DNA from: Takakia lepidozioides
Taxonomy: Eukaryota > Plantae > Bryophyta
Reading direction: 5' to 3'
DNA: 64,000 nucleotides
Assembly: GCA_030704615.1 (NCBI GenBank)
Contig: CM060733.1
Span: forward strand, 31,310,001 to 31,374,000
Positions 1-13,499 of the stretch are shown piece by piece. Below the pieces are notes generated by a model. The model worked only from the letters and a program-made list of their open reading frames with translations. It searched no databases and was not told the origin of the DNA. The stretch's first letter is position 1. Each line of letters opens with the position of its first letter. Made by a program: the position numbers and the translations under genes.

Positions 1-845
1 TACTATATTCATCACGACACGGTGAATCAGCATGTACTACGACAAGTGGCAATACGAATTCAGGGCACCACGACGGCTAGACCACCATTTATCTGGAGGA
101 CAACATTACCACCCCGTATACCGTATGGTGAACCGTGGCCAGCACAGATGCCCTACAGAACAGTGAACGAATACGAAACGGCCAACGAGTCACTGTTTGT
201 GTTAAATTCCGAGATGTACGATCTAGATCACCCCACCGACAGTGGTAATCATACACCACTACCCTTCGATCATAACACAGAGGCGGAACGACGGCGCAAT
301 CCAACGGATTGCCAAAAGACGGCGGACGATAAGGGCAAAGCCATTAAACCAAGCTGCAAGTACTACGCCAATGCCGCCCATCTAAAAACGGACCACATAC
401 CAAAGTGGATGAACACAGCTCAAAGGGATGAACATAAACTGACCGAAACTGGACAATCATCAACGACCATCAGTTTTAAACAAAACAAATCACAAAGAAA
501 AAACCAACGAAAGAAAATCAAGCACAAAAGGGATGAAGTTTTATCAAAACCGTTACCTGAGGCTAAATGCTTCTTGGTAAGCCTGGGCCCAGCAATTATA
601 GCTAACCATGATTTAAACCTAGGCAACCAGCAGGACAGAATTACCTCCACGAGAACCTCGAGAGAAGTTAGAGGAGAAACCTACAGAGAGGAACCCCTAC
701 TTAAACCCAGGAGCGAACTCCTCACCTTCTCTTCCGCAAACTGGAAATTGGTGTGGTGTATACACAACTTCCAGTGTGCTTCATACTTCTTGTGATACAG
801 GATTTGGTGCTCCAATTCCTTACAGCAACCGCAAAACTAAGAGAA

Positions 846-3707
846 ATGGCAGGCACCAAGCGGAAGGCACCAAGTTCTTATGCGCAAGTCAATTTCAAAA
901 TCAGCCCAGCGTTGCGGAAGATTGAGGTGGACACAGAGACACAGGAGACGTTGGACAGTCTTGGCCTGCGATACTTCATCACCACGCTGGACTGGAACCT
1001 GAAGCACGACGAGCTATGCAGGGAGTTCTACTCGGAGCACAAATGTCCACAACACGCACATCCTGCTGACAGAGAAGTACTTGGCGGAAGTATTTCACCT
1101 TCCCAGTTTGGACGTACCACCGCACACCGGCAAACCTCCAAGGTTTGTACTTGCAGATTTGTTTGAGAATCTCAACCAAGTAGATCAAGGCTACACATGC
1201 AGCCACAGCAAAAACCATGGCTTCAGGAAGATAGCCCCAGTACTCAGCACATTGCTTTGCCTCAGGCAAAACCATAGCTACTGTACCAAGGAGCTAATCG
1301 ACCAAGTGTTGATTTGCTTCAATGGGCAAATCGTGAATTGGGCAAGCTTCTTATTGAAGAAGTTAACTCAAGAACTGACCAAGTTGACAAAAAAGAAGAA
1401 GGAAGCGACTGTTACCATGGCAACTCCATTGTTACTCCAGATGATTCGACACACTGTACACCTAACGGCCGAAGAGCAAGCAACGTTGGGAATCATGCAA
1501 CGGGTAGACACAATGGAGGAAGAAGGAAGTGAGACAGCAGCATGTCAGGAAGAAGAAGAGGGCGGACTTGCAAAAAGAGCCCGAATCAACGAAGCAACCA
1601 CAAGTGCAGCAGTAGAGGACATCATCAACTCGATGGCTGATTTCCCAGTACAAAGAAAAGGGGAGAATCGACAGCCAGAAGGAGGGAACAAACCACAGAC
1701 CAACAAAGCAACGCCCATGGAAATTAGCCATGGCAACATCGAAGCACAGCAAGTAGCACACACAGAGGCCACACAATCAGAGGAGGGAGACATAGTGGCG
1801 CAACAACAGTAGATAGTGCAAGAGGCACTGAGTCAGCAACAGCAAGACAGAAATTCCAATTTGGAATTACTACTAGCACAACAAGTTTTAGATACAACAG
1901 CATGGGACACAGGGTTGGAGGAAGCACCACAAAATATCATTCTGCAGGCAATACAAGCATTGGGGCAATTGACAGTTTGTATGAACAAGGCCAAAAATTA
2001 CATCAGCCCGAAAAACTTGAACATGATCTTGGACCACATCAAAGAGAAGCACCAGAGGGAATTGGCCACTGCAAGAACAGTATGTAACCATGGGGTTACA
2101 ATTGCAGCATTAGAAGATCAAAAGTCGACCTTACTCCGCCAATACAACACATTGGCACAATGCAGAGATGAGTGGGAGCAAAAATGGGAAAGACAGAGAG
2201 ATGAAACACGCCATGTCCAAGCCGACCTCGATGCAGAGCGAGAGAGAGATCTCGGAAAATAGAGACAGAGGTGGAAACACTCACAGGGCAGGTGCAAACA
2301 TTAAAGCAGCAGGTGGAGACACTCAAGGGGCAGCTGAGGACTGCCAGAGATCAGGGAACCAAGTGACTCAACATCAACACTGCACTGCTGAAGCAAAGGG
2401 AGAATCCTGAGAGCAGGCTGTTTACCGCCACCACAGAAAGAGACATTGCCATGGGCAATGAACAAGAATGAAAGCAGCAGCTGGAGAAGCTGATACTGCA
2501 AGCAGAGTTGGATGCAGCAGACGCAGCCTTAGCCAGAGCCTAGTTGAATTAAGGGAGTGAATTGGAGATGAAGAAACTCAACAGGGAAATGGTGAGGCAG
2601 ATGAAGTGCCAGTTGGCGAAATTGGTGACAGACATTCATGAGGAGTTCTTGCCACCAATTCCAGAACAAGAGGAACTCATGGACGAAGAGGATCAAGAGG
2701 AGCAAGATCACGAACAAGAGACACCAATACAATCAACAACAACAACACCAACACAAACACCACCAGCAACACAACCACCACCAAACCAACAGACACTGGT
2801 ACAGGCCACAGCAGGGCCATCTACTCAAGAGGGAAACCCTGTAACACTACCAAGTGTCCTGGTAGCATCAACTTCAGTAGCAGTGGATGATTTCCAAATC
2901 ATGCCATGCAAGCAGGATGGGGAGTGGTTAAAGTATTCAGATGAATACTTAAAAATGATGGTAGTACCAGCCCACCAAATCCCAGAAATACTGGAGAAGG
3001 TTTTCAAAACCTTAACTCCCTGCAAATCATTGGGTCAATTGCATCTTCTCAATCAAACTCTTATTCCTCTGAGATATAGGATGAGACCATTGGCTAAGGA
3101 GGAGACATGGTCAGGGGCAGTATTGGTTGAATTCTGGTGCCAAGCTCCTCTGGAATACAAGGAGCTGGTAGCTTACATGTGGGCAGTGGGGCAATTGAAG
3201 ATTAATCCTACCTCGGCAGTAACCATTGTGATGGGATGCCCAAGTTTTTATATTGGCAGTTACTTGTACCGCATGTTCGTGACAATGAGGGGAAGTTGGC
3301 AGCGCTATGAGAGTATTGAAAAAGATACTCACTGGGAATTACCCAAATTCCAGCCACCAGAGAGAGTCACAGGCACTTCCGCATATATGAATAAGCCACT
3401 TTATGCTGAAGCATGGCGCCAGGCGAAGGACCACTTTTCACCATTGGTATTGGACATAGACCACCCTTTCAGAGAAACAGGGGTCCAAGCTGTTAACTGG
3501 TTAATGGGCAGCAGGGCAACAAAACACATTATACCCTGGACAAAGGAGGAGCTGCAAACCTACCGCGAAAACTTGACCAACAAAATCGATATGGTACGTG
3601 GGGACGGGATAACAGAACACCCTGATGAAGAAAGTTGGCCTACTCACAAACCAGAGGAACAACCAGACAGTGACGATAATAGGAACAAGGAGCTGCCACC
3701 ACGATAA
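846..3707 (+). pseudogene. Frameshifted additional 3' ORF of element A (coiled-coil-rich accessory protein)
   Basis: Consecutive overlapping ORFs (753-1166, 1081-1812, 1816-2262, 2562-3707) lie just upstream of the PPT. LDWNLKH and LRQNHSY have counterparts (MDWTLHH, LKQNNN) in element B near 31305 and 31590. Confidence 0.6.
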
Positions 3708-3833
3708 TCCTGGGACGCACTTCCTACCTCGCAGACAGGCATGCCACCACCTTACATCCCCAAGAGATACAACAAGTACATGAACTGACAAAATTGTGCG
3801 GACACAATTTCAAAATAGGGGGGGGGGGATAAA

Positions 3834-4684
3834 TGATAACGGCTATGCTACGAGGGACAGACAACGAGGGTCGCAACGGGACATACTGGGTAGTGATGGA
3901 TGTACACTACCTGAGCCACAGACAGAGACGGCTAAGTACGCGGTACTTAGCCAATGGCGGGACAAGGGTACATTACCACGAGAGCAGTAAGGGGTAGTGT
4001 AGTAACCGTGAGCCGTGAACCACGATATCACACGGTCACGATAGCATCGGCTTTAACCAATAGAGGGACTAGTGGACCGTTTACCACTATGGCTCACGAC
4101 CACTACAACGAGCCACTTTTTAGCAAACCTTTTAGGTTGCGTAGGCAGTTAGACAAAACGGTCATTAACGACCGCAGGCTGTAACGACTCTTTCGAGTAT
4201 AGTATAAAAAGACTGCACGCAACTCAGAAGGTGTGCGGTAGGAGTATCAGTGATCAATGTGTATTTGGAGGGACTCAGAGTGATTCTGTATACTTCTGTG
4301 ATGATGTGACGAGCTCTAAAGTAAAGCCATGCTATTCGAAGTATCTCTGTGTAGAGTAAACATGAGATGGTGAGAATGTGTATCATCTCATAATAGTTCT
4401 TGTTTTCTCTTGACTACCATCTGCTTGTATGAACCAAGAGGCTTCAGTCCTTTCAGCTAAGATCTTTTATGCTTAAGAGACTGTAGATTGGTCTTAATCA
4501 ATAGGATTAAGCAGTCTGCAAGGATATGGCTTCATCCGACGTTCATGGTTTAGCTATCCTTAAAACGATTACTTCGTAATCGTTTATGAAAGCATACCGT
4601 CGGACAACCTCTGTTGCATGTCTTAGGAAATGGGCAGTAGTGTTAATAGCCTGTTTTGTCTAAGTCATAAACCAGTTGTTAACA
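3834..4684 (+). repeat. 3' LTR of element A
   Basis: TG...CA termini with an imperfect inverted repeat (TGATAAC/GTTAACA), directly after the PPT. There is an internal TATAAAAA at ~4204. It is followed abruptly by pol sequence. Confidence 0.75.
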
Positions 4685-5268
4685 CATTTCTATGAAGAAA
4701 GAGAGGGAGAAATAGAAATCCTAGAGGAACCAGCCACTGTGAGTTTACAAGATGAAGTAGTGGTTGGATGGACAATCACAGCTGAGGAGCAGGTGAGAGA
4801 AGTGAATGTGGGAACTGAGGAGGAACCAAAAATGGTAAAAGTGGGGGCTGACTTGGAGCCAGAATTCTTTGAGGAAGCTAAGGGCCTATTCATCAAATAC
4901 AGAGATGTATTTGCTTGGAGCTATGAGGATCTGAAAGGGATACCACCTGAGATTTGCCAGCATAAGATTGAACTGGAACCAGGGTCAGTACCAATCAAAC
5001 AGGCAAGGTACATGATGAATCCCAACTATGCACAGAAGGTTGGGGAAGAGATCAAGAAGCTGGCTGAGGCTAAGTTCATATACCCAATAGAGTATACAAC
5101 TTGGTTGTCACCCATTGTGATAGTTCCCAAGAAGAATGGCAAACTGAGAGTTTGTGTGAACTATAAGAAGTTGAATGCTTGTACAAAGAAAGATCCATTT
5201 CCTTTGTCATTCACAGAAGCTGTACTGGACACTATGGCAGGCCATGAGATGTACTCATTCATGGATGG
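4685..5268 (+). pseudogene. Ty3/gypsy pol fragment (RT N-terminus), interrupted on both sides by insertions
   Basis: VFAWSYEDLKGIPPEICQHKI...WLSPIVIVPKKNGKLRVCVNY...YSFMDG. It is near-identical to 27155-27737 of element B, and similarity stops exactly at 4685 and 5268. Confidence 0.9.
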
Positions 5269-6704
5269 TGACGAACCCTGAGCGCGCACGGTCAGGGTGA
5301 CGGCATAGTAGTCTAGGGGGGCCGAGGTAAGTTGCGGTGTAGGTTGGGCTCACTGAACCGCCTACCCGACTGCGGTTAGTGCAGGGGGTCCATGGTCGTA
5401 CATGGTGGCTATGTTCACTATCTAAATCCTACCGGCAAAGAGAAATCACGTACTCCTCTTCACAAGGCGAGTTTGCATTTCTAAGTCCTACGGTATCCTC
5501 TAATCTACTCAGTAATTGCCTTCCAAGTCTTTGTGTTTTATTGTCTTATTCCTACCGCCTAGGCCCCCGAGCCGCCTATAGCCAAGACACGTTTTAATCC
5601 CTTCACAAGGCACCTACCGAGCCTAGGGAGGAGAGGGAAAATCCTCATCTCCCACTGTCCCTCCTTCGCCGAGGGCTTGAGTTCAAGTCACCTCTCAATG
5701 GAAGGGCCAACACTTCCTACCCCGGTGCCTAAATACTTTGTTTTAGCAATGGAGTGGCCACAATACCTATCATCATCCAATAGCACTCAATTCAATAAGG
5801 TGGTTCTAAGCCCCTTAACTCAACAAATTCAATCAATTTAATCAACGCCCTACTGTAGGCCGAGTTTTTAGGACAAAGTACTTTCTCTCCTCCCTTGTCT
5901 CTCGAGGTCTCCGCCTCTAGCTCACTACCCTCAGACCCGCTTGGCTCTCTCTTGGAGTCCTAAGAACGCTCCCCTCCAAGGCTACGTCCTCCCAAAATCC
6001 TCGATTTTATCTACCACTAGCGCCTTAGATAATGGCCCCTAACCCTTAGAGGGGTACAAATTGAATCTAATAGCTAAAGGTAAGAATACCCCCCTTTAAG
6101 GGAATTTGAAGACGCATTGCCTGCTGGGTAAAATGCCCCCGCCACGTGGCGGGGCGCAGATCCGCGCGTAGCGGTCCAAACCGCAGACCGCTGCGATTAA
6201 TGCCAGCGTCCGCTGGTCCGTCTCAACTTTTGGTTATCCAGCGGGTAAAGACCCGCGCCTTGCTCGCACGCTTCAGGGCCTCACACCTGAGCCATGCGGC
6301 TGATGTACTTGATCTCAGTACGACTTAAGGTCAGCGCTAGGGCCTCGTGGCTGGGCCACAGTTGCCTCCACGCTTAAGTAATCGAGTCCCTACTCTCTAG
6401 GCGCAGCACCCGGGCTCCTCCCGGGCTGCTCGCGACTTTGGCGCAGCTGCTGTCAAGCAAAATCAGCCCGCCCAAACCCCAAGACAAAAAATACAAACCA
6501 CACCCTCCCCTAGGCCTCCATGGCTTGCTGGGGGGGGGGGGGATTAGCACATAGAGGCCCTATAATGGCCTTATATCATAGATCCAGCCTACTGGCATGC
6601 TTTGCCAGAGCTGGCTATTTTTCAAATTAGTAATCAAATACAAAGATTCATTCTTCCAACAATTCAAATACAAGCCTCTATTGGTGCCCTTACCAATAGA
6701 CTAT
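5269..6704 (-). repeat. LTR (element C) inserted into the RT fragment, itself interrupted near 6705
   Basis: Begins with TG at the exact pol breakpoint. Blocks at 5340-5390 and 5570-5720 are reverse-complement homologous to the LTR-like sequence at 41180-41535. Confidence 0.6.
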
Positions 6705-6927
6705 GGGGGGGTTGCTATTTCATGAGCGGCATGAGCATGAGCGGGAAAAAAAAAAGCATGAGCAGACCATTGTGAGTCCACGGAAATAGGGTTAGGAGGC
6801 ACGGAAATAGGGTCATGTGAAGTTGGAATGTGGCACTAGTGGACTTGAAATGCAACATTTTATTGCAAATTTTGTGGCAAGCCACGTCTATACAAGTGTG
6901 TTCTAACTGTCATAGCCGGAATGGGCA

Positions 6928-9900
6928 CTACTCTCCTACACCCTCCAAGGAACTTGCCCCACCTTCTTCCTCATCCCCCTCATCCCCCTCATCCTCCGAG
7001 CTCTGTGATGCATCAGTTCCACTATGCCTTTCAAAAATCCCGTCCTCTCTTTGGGGGACTGTCCACCTCACCTCCTGGGAATCTTCTGCGTCTTCTCCCC
7101 CACTTTCCTCAGCAGAATCCAAGACAAATCTACGAGCCCGACGGGCTCTAATAGCTGTTGCCTCCTCCCTCATCTTCATTTTTCTTGAGGCTTGCCTCGT
7201 CTAAAATCTGCTGTACACGACTACGTTCGGAACACCTCCTAATGGACACCGAAGCAAGCCGGGCAGCATAAGTAGGAAGGATGTACTCCCTTTCTGGACT
7301 AGGCATGAATTCCCCCCTGGCAAAAAAAGGCACGTTCCTCCTGCCCATGAACTCCGGTGTAGACGTCCCTCCGGCAGTACTTGGCATCCTACAGTAAGAA
7401 CAAATCCACTTCAAGAATGTCAATACCAGCACAACCAGAAAGGGTTTTCAATGAAATAAGAGAGCGGAGGGAGGTGCCTCACGAAATCTGGAGGCAACTT
7501 ACAATGCCACCACTCACTCGTAAACCGGGGGCTCCTCGGCCTCGATCCCAACTTCCTCCCCCTGCTCCTTCTCGGATTTTTCCTCATCCTCCGAGGATGC
7601 CTCTTCCTCTTTCGGCAGACGTTCAGCCGCTGCAAGTTCCGAGTTGTGGAGGGCAGTATCTGGCTCGTAGGCGAACACATGCCTGTCGGACAACGTCCCT
7701 GCCCACATTGAAGCACCTGAGGAACAAAGCGGGCGGTTAATAGCTTGCGGCATGCAATTGCAATCGGGCCAGGGGACAAACTAAGCACGTGAAGGCTTAC
7801 CCGTGCCGCATGTGAGGTCCAGAATCCGCCCTTGGACATCCGAGCACGTCTCCATGAGGGTTTGGATGAAAACAGGGCTCCGGGTCCGGCTGTACCGCCA
7901 CGGTTTGCCTGTCTTTGTGTCCTTTGGCATACTGGAGTGGGGCACATAGTTGTAGAGGACATCGTAGGTTACAGGGTCCACAGCGGCATCAACAAGACGA
8001 CCGTCGTTGCGGAATTTGAACGTAGACCCTCTCTTCACAAAGCAATATGCCTCAAACACCAATGTATGCACATCCAACAAAGAAGGGATCAACTCCAGGG
8101 TCTACTTAACATACACCACAATATGAAGTGAATGCAATAGATTGATAACTTACACTTTGGCCCTCTGTTCGCAACCCATGTGTACTGATGCAGAACCATT
8201 TTCTGAGGAGGACCGGGGTGACACTTTTGGGTGTCCACCTTGCCACCGCATTCTCTGTGGTCTTCCCTCTCGTGGCAAGGATAACCACACATCCACCATC
8301 ATCCAGAAGCATCCCCGCCAGCCCAAACCCGGCTTTCCAGTAGTCCTCAGTAAACCTGTTCCAGGTGGGCACACCATCCAGGCCCTCCAGCAGCTCCCCA
8401 TCTGGAATGTCGAGGAGAATCATGTCGCAAGCTCTCTCCACCTCAACCCCCCCCCCCCCCCCGAGTGCTCTTGCAATTCGTGCTCACAGCCGTGAAGAAT
8501 TCCATCATGGCTTCAAAACCAGGGTGTCTTTAGGCTCTGTACCGCCAGCCCTCTTCTTGGCTTTCCCCTTCTGCTCCGCAAGAGACTTGCTGTGTGCCAC
8601 CTTCTTCGCCCTGGCAGCGAGAGCGTCAAGGAAGCTCTCATTGACGCATTGGATGATGGTTGGAGGTTCTAGCTTTGGCCTGTGCGTAAACGTCACCGCC
8701 GAATACCGCCGTGTAGGCTCGCCCTCAAATGCCAACTTCTTGGCAGAGCCAGTCCCACTCCGAACTGACTTGGGAACCCGGACGACCGGTGACTGGGTAG
8801 GAGCAACAGTAGTTGCAGGACCTTGAACAAAGTCGTCGTCCGAGTCACTCTCTTGGGTCCCCTCCTGCGCCTCCTCCGATGCCCCGATGGTTTTCTTCTT
8901 TTTGGGTGTTACTGCACTCACCTGTTTCCTTGTCCTTTTCCTTTGGCCTTTACTCTTCTCATGCAATTTCTCCTGAATTCCTGCCTGAGCAAGCTCTGCC
9001 GCTTTCCTGGAGTTCGCAAGCGCTTTTGCCTCTTTTGCACCCAACGGAGGCAGCGGAGCCCGGTTTCGTCGGAATTCAGCATCCAGCTTCAATTGAAACT
9101 CGGATGGGTCGAGCGAGCCGGGCGGAAGGTCCACATACCAAGGGCAATCACGCAAATGTTCCAGATGCCACTCCTTCACAATATCGTCAGTGTACATGGA
9201 GTCAGCCCCAGGGTTCCTCCATGCCAGGAAGAATGGTGGCTCGAAAGACAGATGACCTTTCTCCAAAAGGGAGAACTTGCAGTACCTGCATTCATGAAAA
9301 ACACAATGAGGTCCCTGAAATGCATATTCGGCACCATTTTCCCAGGTTGGGGCGGATGTGAGTGGGCCTAGAAATGGAAAAATGGCACCGAATTTCGGTT
9401 TTCGGTGACTGCCACCCTAGGGACTTAGCCATCTTGGGAGCCCTGAACTGGAAATTCGGCGCCATTTTTCCATTTCTAGGCCCAAAGATGGCTAAGTCCC
9501 AGAACCGCAATAGGGCCTAGAACTGGAAAAATGGCGCCGAATTTCCAGTTCAGGGCCAGCCACCCTAGGGACTTAGCCCGAAAATGGCTAAGTCCCTGAA
9601 CGGCAATAGGGCCTAGAACTGGAAAATGGCGCCGAATTTCCAGTTCAGGGCCAGCCACCCTAGGGACTTAGCCCGAAAATGGCTACGTCCCTGAACAGCA
9701 ATAGGGCCTAGAACTGGAAAATGGCGCCGAATTTCCAGTTCGGGGCCAGCCAGTCTAGGGACTTAGCCCGAAAATGGCTAAGTCCCTGAACGGCAATAGG
9801 GCCTAGAATTGGAAAATGGCGCCGAATTTCCAGTTCAGGGCCAGCCACCCTAGGGACTTAGCCCAAAAATGGCTAAGTCCCTGAACGGCAATAGGGCCTG

Positions 9901-12751
9901 GAACTGGAAAATGGCGCCGAATTTCCAGTTCAGGGCCAGCCAGTCTAGGGACTTAGCCCGAAAATGGCCAAGTCCCTGAACAGCAATAGGGCCTAGAACT
10001 GGAAAATGGCGCCGAATTTCCAGTTCCGGGCCAGCCAGTCTAGGGACTTAGCCATTTTCGGAGCCCTGACTGGAAATTCGGCGCCATTTTCCCTAACACC
10101 ACATGAGGCCTCTAACATCCTGAAATGCAAGGACTTGAAAGAAAGGCAGCGCGTATGTACCTGTACAGAAGGCGCATTGCTGCTTTGTCCGCGTTCGGCT
10201 GGTCGGTGAACTCGTGGCTCCGGCGAGCATCTGCTATCTCCCGAAAGAATAGGTTGGTTTTGTAGAGCAGAAAGTACCTCGTCACATAGTCACGTAGGCT
10301 CTCTGCTGCAGGAGATATCTCCATCTTGAACTAATGTGCTTGTGTGTCCAGCTGCTCTTGCGCATTCGTCGTCACCTGTGGAGATTCTCCATCAGATCGC
10401 TTTCCTGAAAAAATACAATGAATCCACCCCCTACTAGAGTAGAAGCCCCAAACGAAGCGTGGGGAAGTACCTGAAACCACCATGTCATGCGGTTCATCCA
10501 CATGTCGAATGTGGGGTCAGAGAGTTTGTCCGGTTTGGGGAAGCTCCACATGTCCCTGGTACTTTGGGAACCATTCCAGATTTGGAGCCACCGGGTCTGT
10601 CCAACCACCCAGCATATTTGTAAGCACCAAACACCACAAAAAGGAGTTGTTGCCACCACAATTTGGTTAAGAATGTATCACCTTTTCTGTTGCATCCACA
10701 CAGGATGTGGCTAGACGATGGAGCTTCTCCAATGTCATCGTGGGCTTCAGAGCGCGAGAGTAGTGCTTCCCCACCTCCACCAGAAAGTCGGCACCAAGGG
10801 CGGGATCAGCTATGGCCACGTACTTTACCATCCGCGACTTGTACTTTATGCGGGCCCTCACCTCCGCAGCTTTGACATACGATTCGAGTGCCGGGAGGGT
10901 TGGATTCTTCTCCTCTGACTCCATGTAGAACCTCCGCGCATGTGCCAAATCCTGCTGTATTTTCGTCTGTCAAGAATGCGCACATAAGATTAGAGATCCT
11001 GCTCAATACAATTTCTTCTATTGGGGGAGGAGATTAAAAATCACGGTGAAGCACTTTTCTTCTATTGGGGGAGGAGAGACAGATTAGCTCAACAAAACTG
11101 TCAGGAGCTTTACCCGAAATATGTAGTCCACCATGGCGTCGACGCTCAGCCTATACCAGGTTCTGTCTGCCTTTGCCTCCGACTTGCGCAGGAGGTCGGC
11201 ACTGAGGGAATTGGCAAACTCTTGCACCCCCTGCTTCCCGACATCCTTCACTCGGAAGAGCATATGGGACAAGTTGGTGGCAATGAAGGCATTCTCAGTC
11301 ACCCTGCAGTGCCACATTTCCATCAAACAATACTGAAATGGGAATTTTCATCATATATGAGGATTCGCAATGAAATGACTTCCAAATTCAAAGTCCAAAA
11401 GCGAGAGGCGTTGTAACTTACGAGTTGATGTCCGCCATTGCAGCTTTGAGAAGACTGCGATCTTTGGGCCCCGCAACCTTCAGCACAACACAATCCACGG
11501 CGAAATGCCAATCGAGGTCGTTGGGGTGGGCTTGGGCAATGTGCTCCATCCATGCCAGGAGGCGATGATTGCCGTCCCACACGTAGAACATCTTACCGGA
11601 CAAGTGCTGGAAAAGAGGATCACTAGCAATCGATCTCTCGAACTCCTCATTTCGCGTTTGCCAATGGGGACCCCATTTGTCCACCTCATCGGAAGTGTGG
11701 GCACGGGAAGCTCCGTGGTCGTTCTCAATGGAAACGTAAAACGCGGCAGACCCCATTCGATATCCATCCCGGAAAGAGAATTTCAGCTTGTCGATATCGC
11801 CTGGGAGGGCAGGTCTCACCACCTGCAATGACACCAAGCGGCAAAGGGGAATTCGAAGCTTGGCCGGGTACACCATGCCCCCCAGCACCCTGCCAATGTT
11901 GCTGTGGGTTGCTTCCAACATCTTGGCAGCGGCCAACTTCATATCCGCCTCAGACATGACGTCTGCTGCAGAGGGGTTTTCCGGCAGCCCACCAGGACCG
12001 CCAAATCCAACCTGTATGCTCCGGGTTTGGGGCCTGGGGATGTCCGGGAGGATGTCATCTTGGTCAGAAAGCTCCCTGTTGTCCTCCTCAACAGGGTCAG
12101 CCACCTGCAAAACCACCTCCAGCACTCTCCCCGTCTCTACTGCCCTCTCCCTGGCTTCACCTCGAACTTGCACAATCCGTGCTCTTTCTGGTGTTCTTTC
12201 CTCTCCTCCACTCTCCACCGTATGGGTAATTGCAGGGGCTGCTCTTGCCCGCGATGGTCTAACCGGTGTGTTACTGCCTCTCTGTGGTGTCTTGGAGGGA
12301 TCCACCGTCTCTGTGCGTCCCTCGCTTACATTGGCATCTGTCATTTGGGCACCCCTGGCCTCTTCAGTGGCCTTTTTTCTTTCCTCCTGGCTAGCATTCT
12401 GTCTTGTCTGTTCTTTTGCCCTCTCTTTTGCCTTCTCACGGGCTTTCTGTTTCTTACTAGGGCTAGCAGTAGGGGAGCCCTCCAGGATGACCACCTTTGA
12501 TTGAGGCGAACTGACACCCTCGCGCGCACTGCTCACTCCCCCCTCCGCAGCCCGTGACGGCTCTCTCGCCGGGGATTGCATGTGCTTAGCTTTCTTCTTT
12601 TTCTTTGCGTGGGCGGGCCCTACTGCATGTGCATCAATAACCTCCATTGCCGGATCTGCTGTCCTCATGTCCTCACGCCCTTCACCTGCCATGCCGCCTG
12701 CACCAACCTCCCCAATGCCTATTCTGTCGTACTCTCGTTGCAAGTCATCCC
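6928..12751 (-). pseudogene. Spliced gene: ParB/Srx-like domain + beta-class amino-DNA-methyltransferase-like domain + acidic C-terminus; 5'-interrupted, with lesions
   Basis: Reconstructed exons: 11422-12751 (IPLCRLVSLQVVRP...FYVWDGNHRLLAW), 11114-11303, 10682-10966, ~10471-10617, ~10161-10374, ~8154-9285 (DMILLDIPDG...MLLDDGGCVVIL), ~7801-8065 (RTRSPVFIQTLMETCSDVQGRILDLTCGT), then GASMWAGTLSDRHVFAYE after a GT-AG intron. Lesions: an in-frame TAG near 10332, two mutated acceptors (CAA, CAT), and frameshifts near 8450-8525. Confidence 0.75.
9364..10090. repeat. Tandem array of a ~95-bp unit (about 6 full copies plus inverted/partial flanks) inside an intron
   Basis: ATAGGGCCT(A/G)GAA recurs at ~9510, 9606, 9701, 9796, 9891 and 9986. 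Each unit contains CTGGAAA..GGCGCCGAATTTCCAG and GGGACTTAGCC-N7-GGCTAAGTCCC. Confidence 0.95.
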
Positions 12752-13499
12752 GGAGGTTTACTATTTCATGAGCGCATGAGCCCATGAGCCTATGAGCCTA
12801 TGAGCCTATGAGCTCATGAGCGGGCATCCGCGGAATTGGAATTTTCCTGCCTTTATTGACGGTGTTATGTCCTCTTACCTCGGTAATAGGGTCTGTTTCT
12901 CCTGGTCCAGGATGCGGAATGAGGAATTTCGGCGCCGTTATTCCCAAGAGCAGTGTGCTTAAATGGTGTTTTGAAGACATCCACCGGGGTATTTCGGCAC
13001 CGAAATTACCTCTTAAAATGTGATATAGTGCGGTATTTAAAGGCGCAGAACGGGCTATTTCGGCGCCGAAATACCCAAGTGGAATGTGGTGAAGTGCCTT
13101 GTGCTGAAGGCTTCCATCGCGATATTTTGGTGCAGTAATTCATCCGTGGAATTTTTGAGGCCCATATAACGAAGGCGCAAACTGGGCTATTTCGGCGCCA
13201 AATTTTCCAATAGGAATGTTAGAAACGGCAGGGTTTTCATGGCTTCAAGTTCTCGGCTCGATGGTGTGCATAAATTACTTGTAGGGTTCTTCACTGAAGT
13301 TTGCGTCTCTTCTGCTTTTATTATAGATTTTGGTTGGCGGAAGAAATGTAGGGAATGGACAAGCAGTCTGAACACAATGATTTTTCAAATCGTCAATATT
13401 TTCATTAAGTGTTTCAGAACTGTACAACAAAAGGATCCAAATGAGACTTTGCTATGGTGAGGATCCGCTATCACTGTCCGATGCATCCCCGGCCTCATG

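Larger units (their letters stand above)
1..4684 (+). mobile_element. 3' part of a Ty3/gypsy (Tat/Athila-like) LTR retrotransposon, element A: extra 3' ORF, PPT and 3' LTR
   Basis: A polypurine tract (AAAATAGGGGGGGGGGG) at ~3812-3828 is followed by TGATAAC...GTTAACA (3834-4684). The upstream ORFs resemble the degraded 3' region of element B at ~31-34 kb. Confidence 0.75.
6705..12751 (-). mobile_element. Unclassified DNA-transposon-like element, copy U1 (ParB-MTase cargo gene)
   Basis: It starts with the motif GGGGGTTGCTATTTCATGAGC plus CATGAGC repeats, which recurs at 12752. It interrupts LTR C and carries a multi-exon gene paralogous to that in U2. No transposase is visible in this segment. 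Confidence 0.6.

Noticed and set aside
9364-10090. CRISPR-like appearance of the palindromic array
   Set aside because: The units are contiguous near-identical repeats with no unique spacers, there are no cas genes, and the context is a eukaryotic intron.
11788-12504. 238-aa and 198-aa plus-strand ORFs
   Set aside because: They are antisense shadows of the ParB exon with no motifs.
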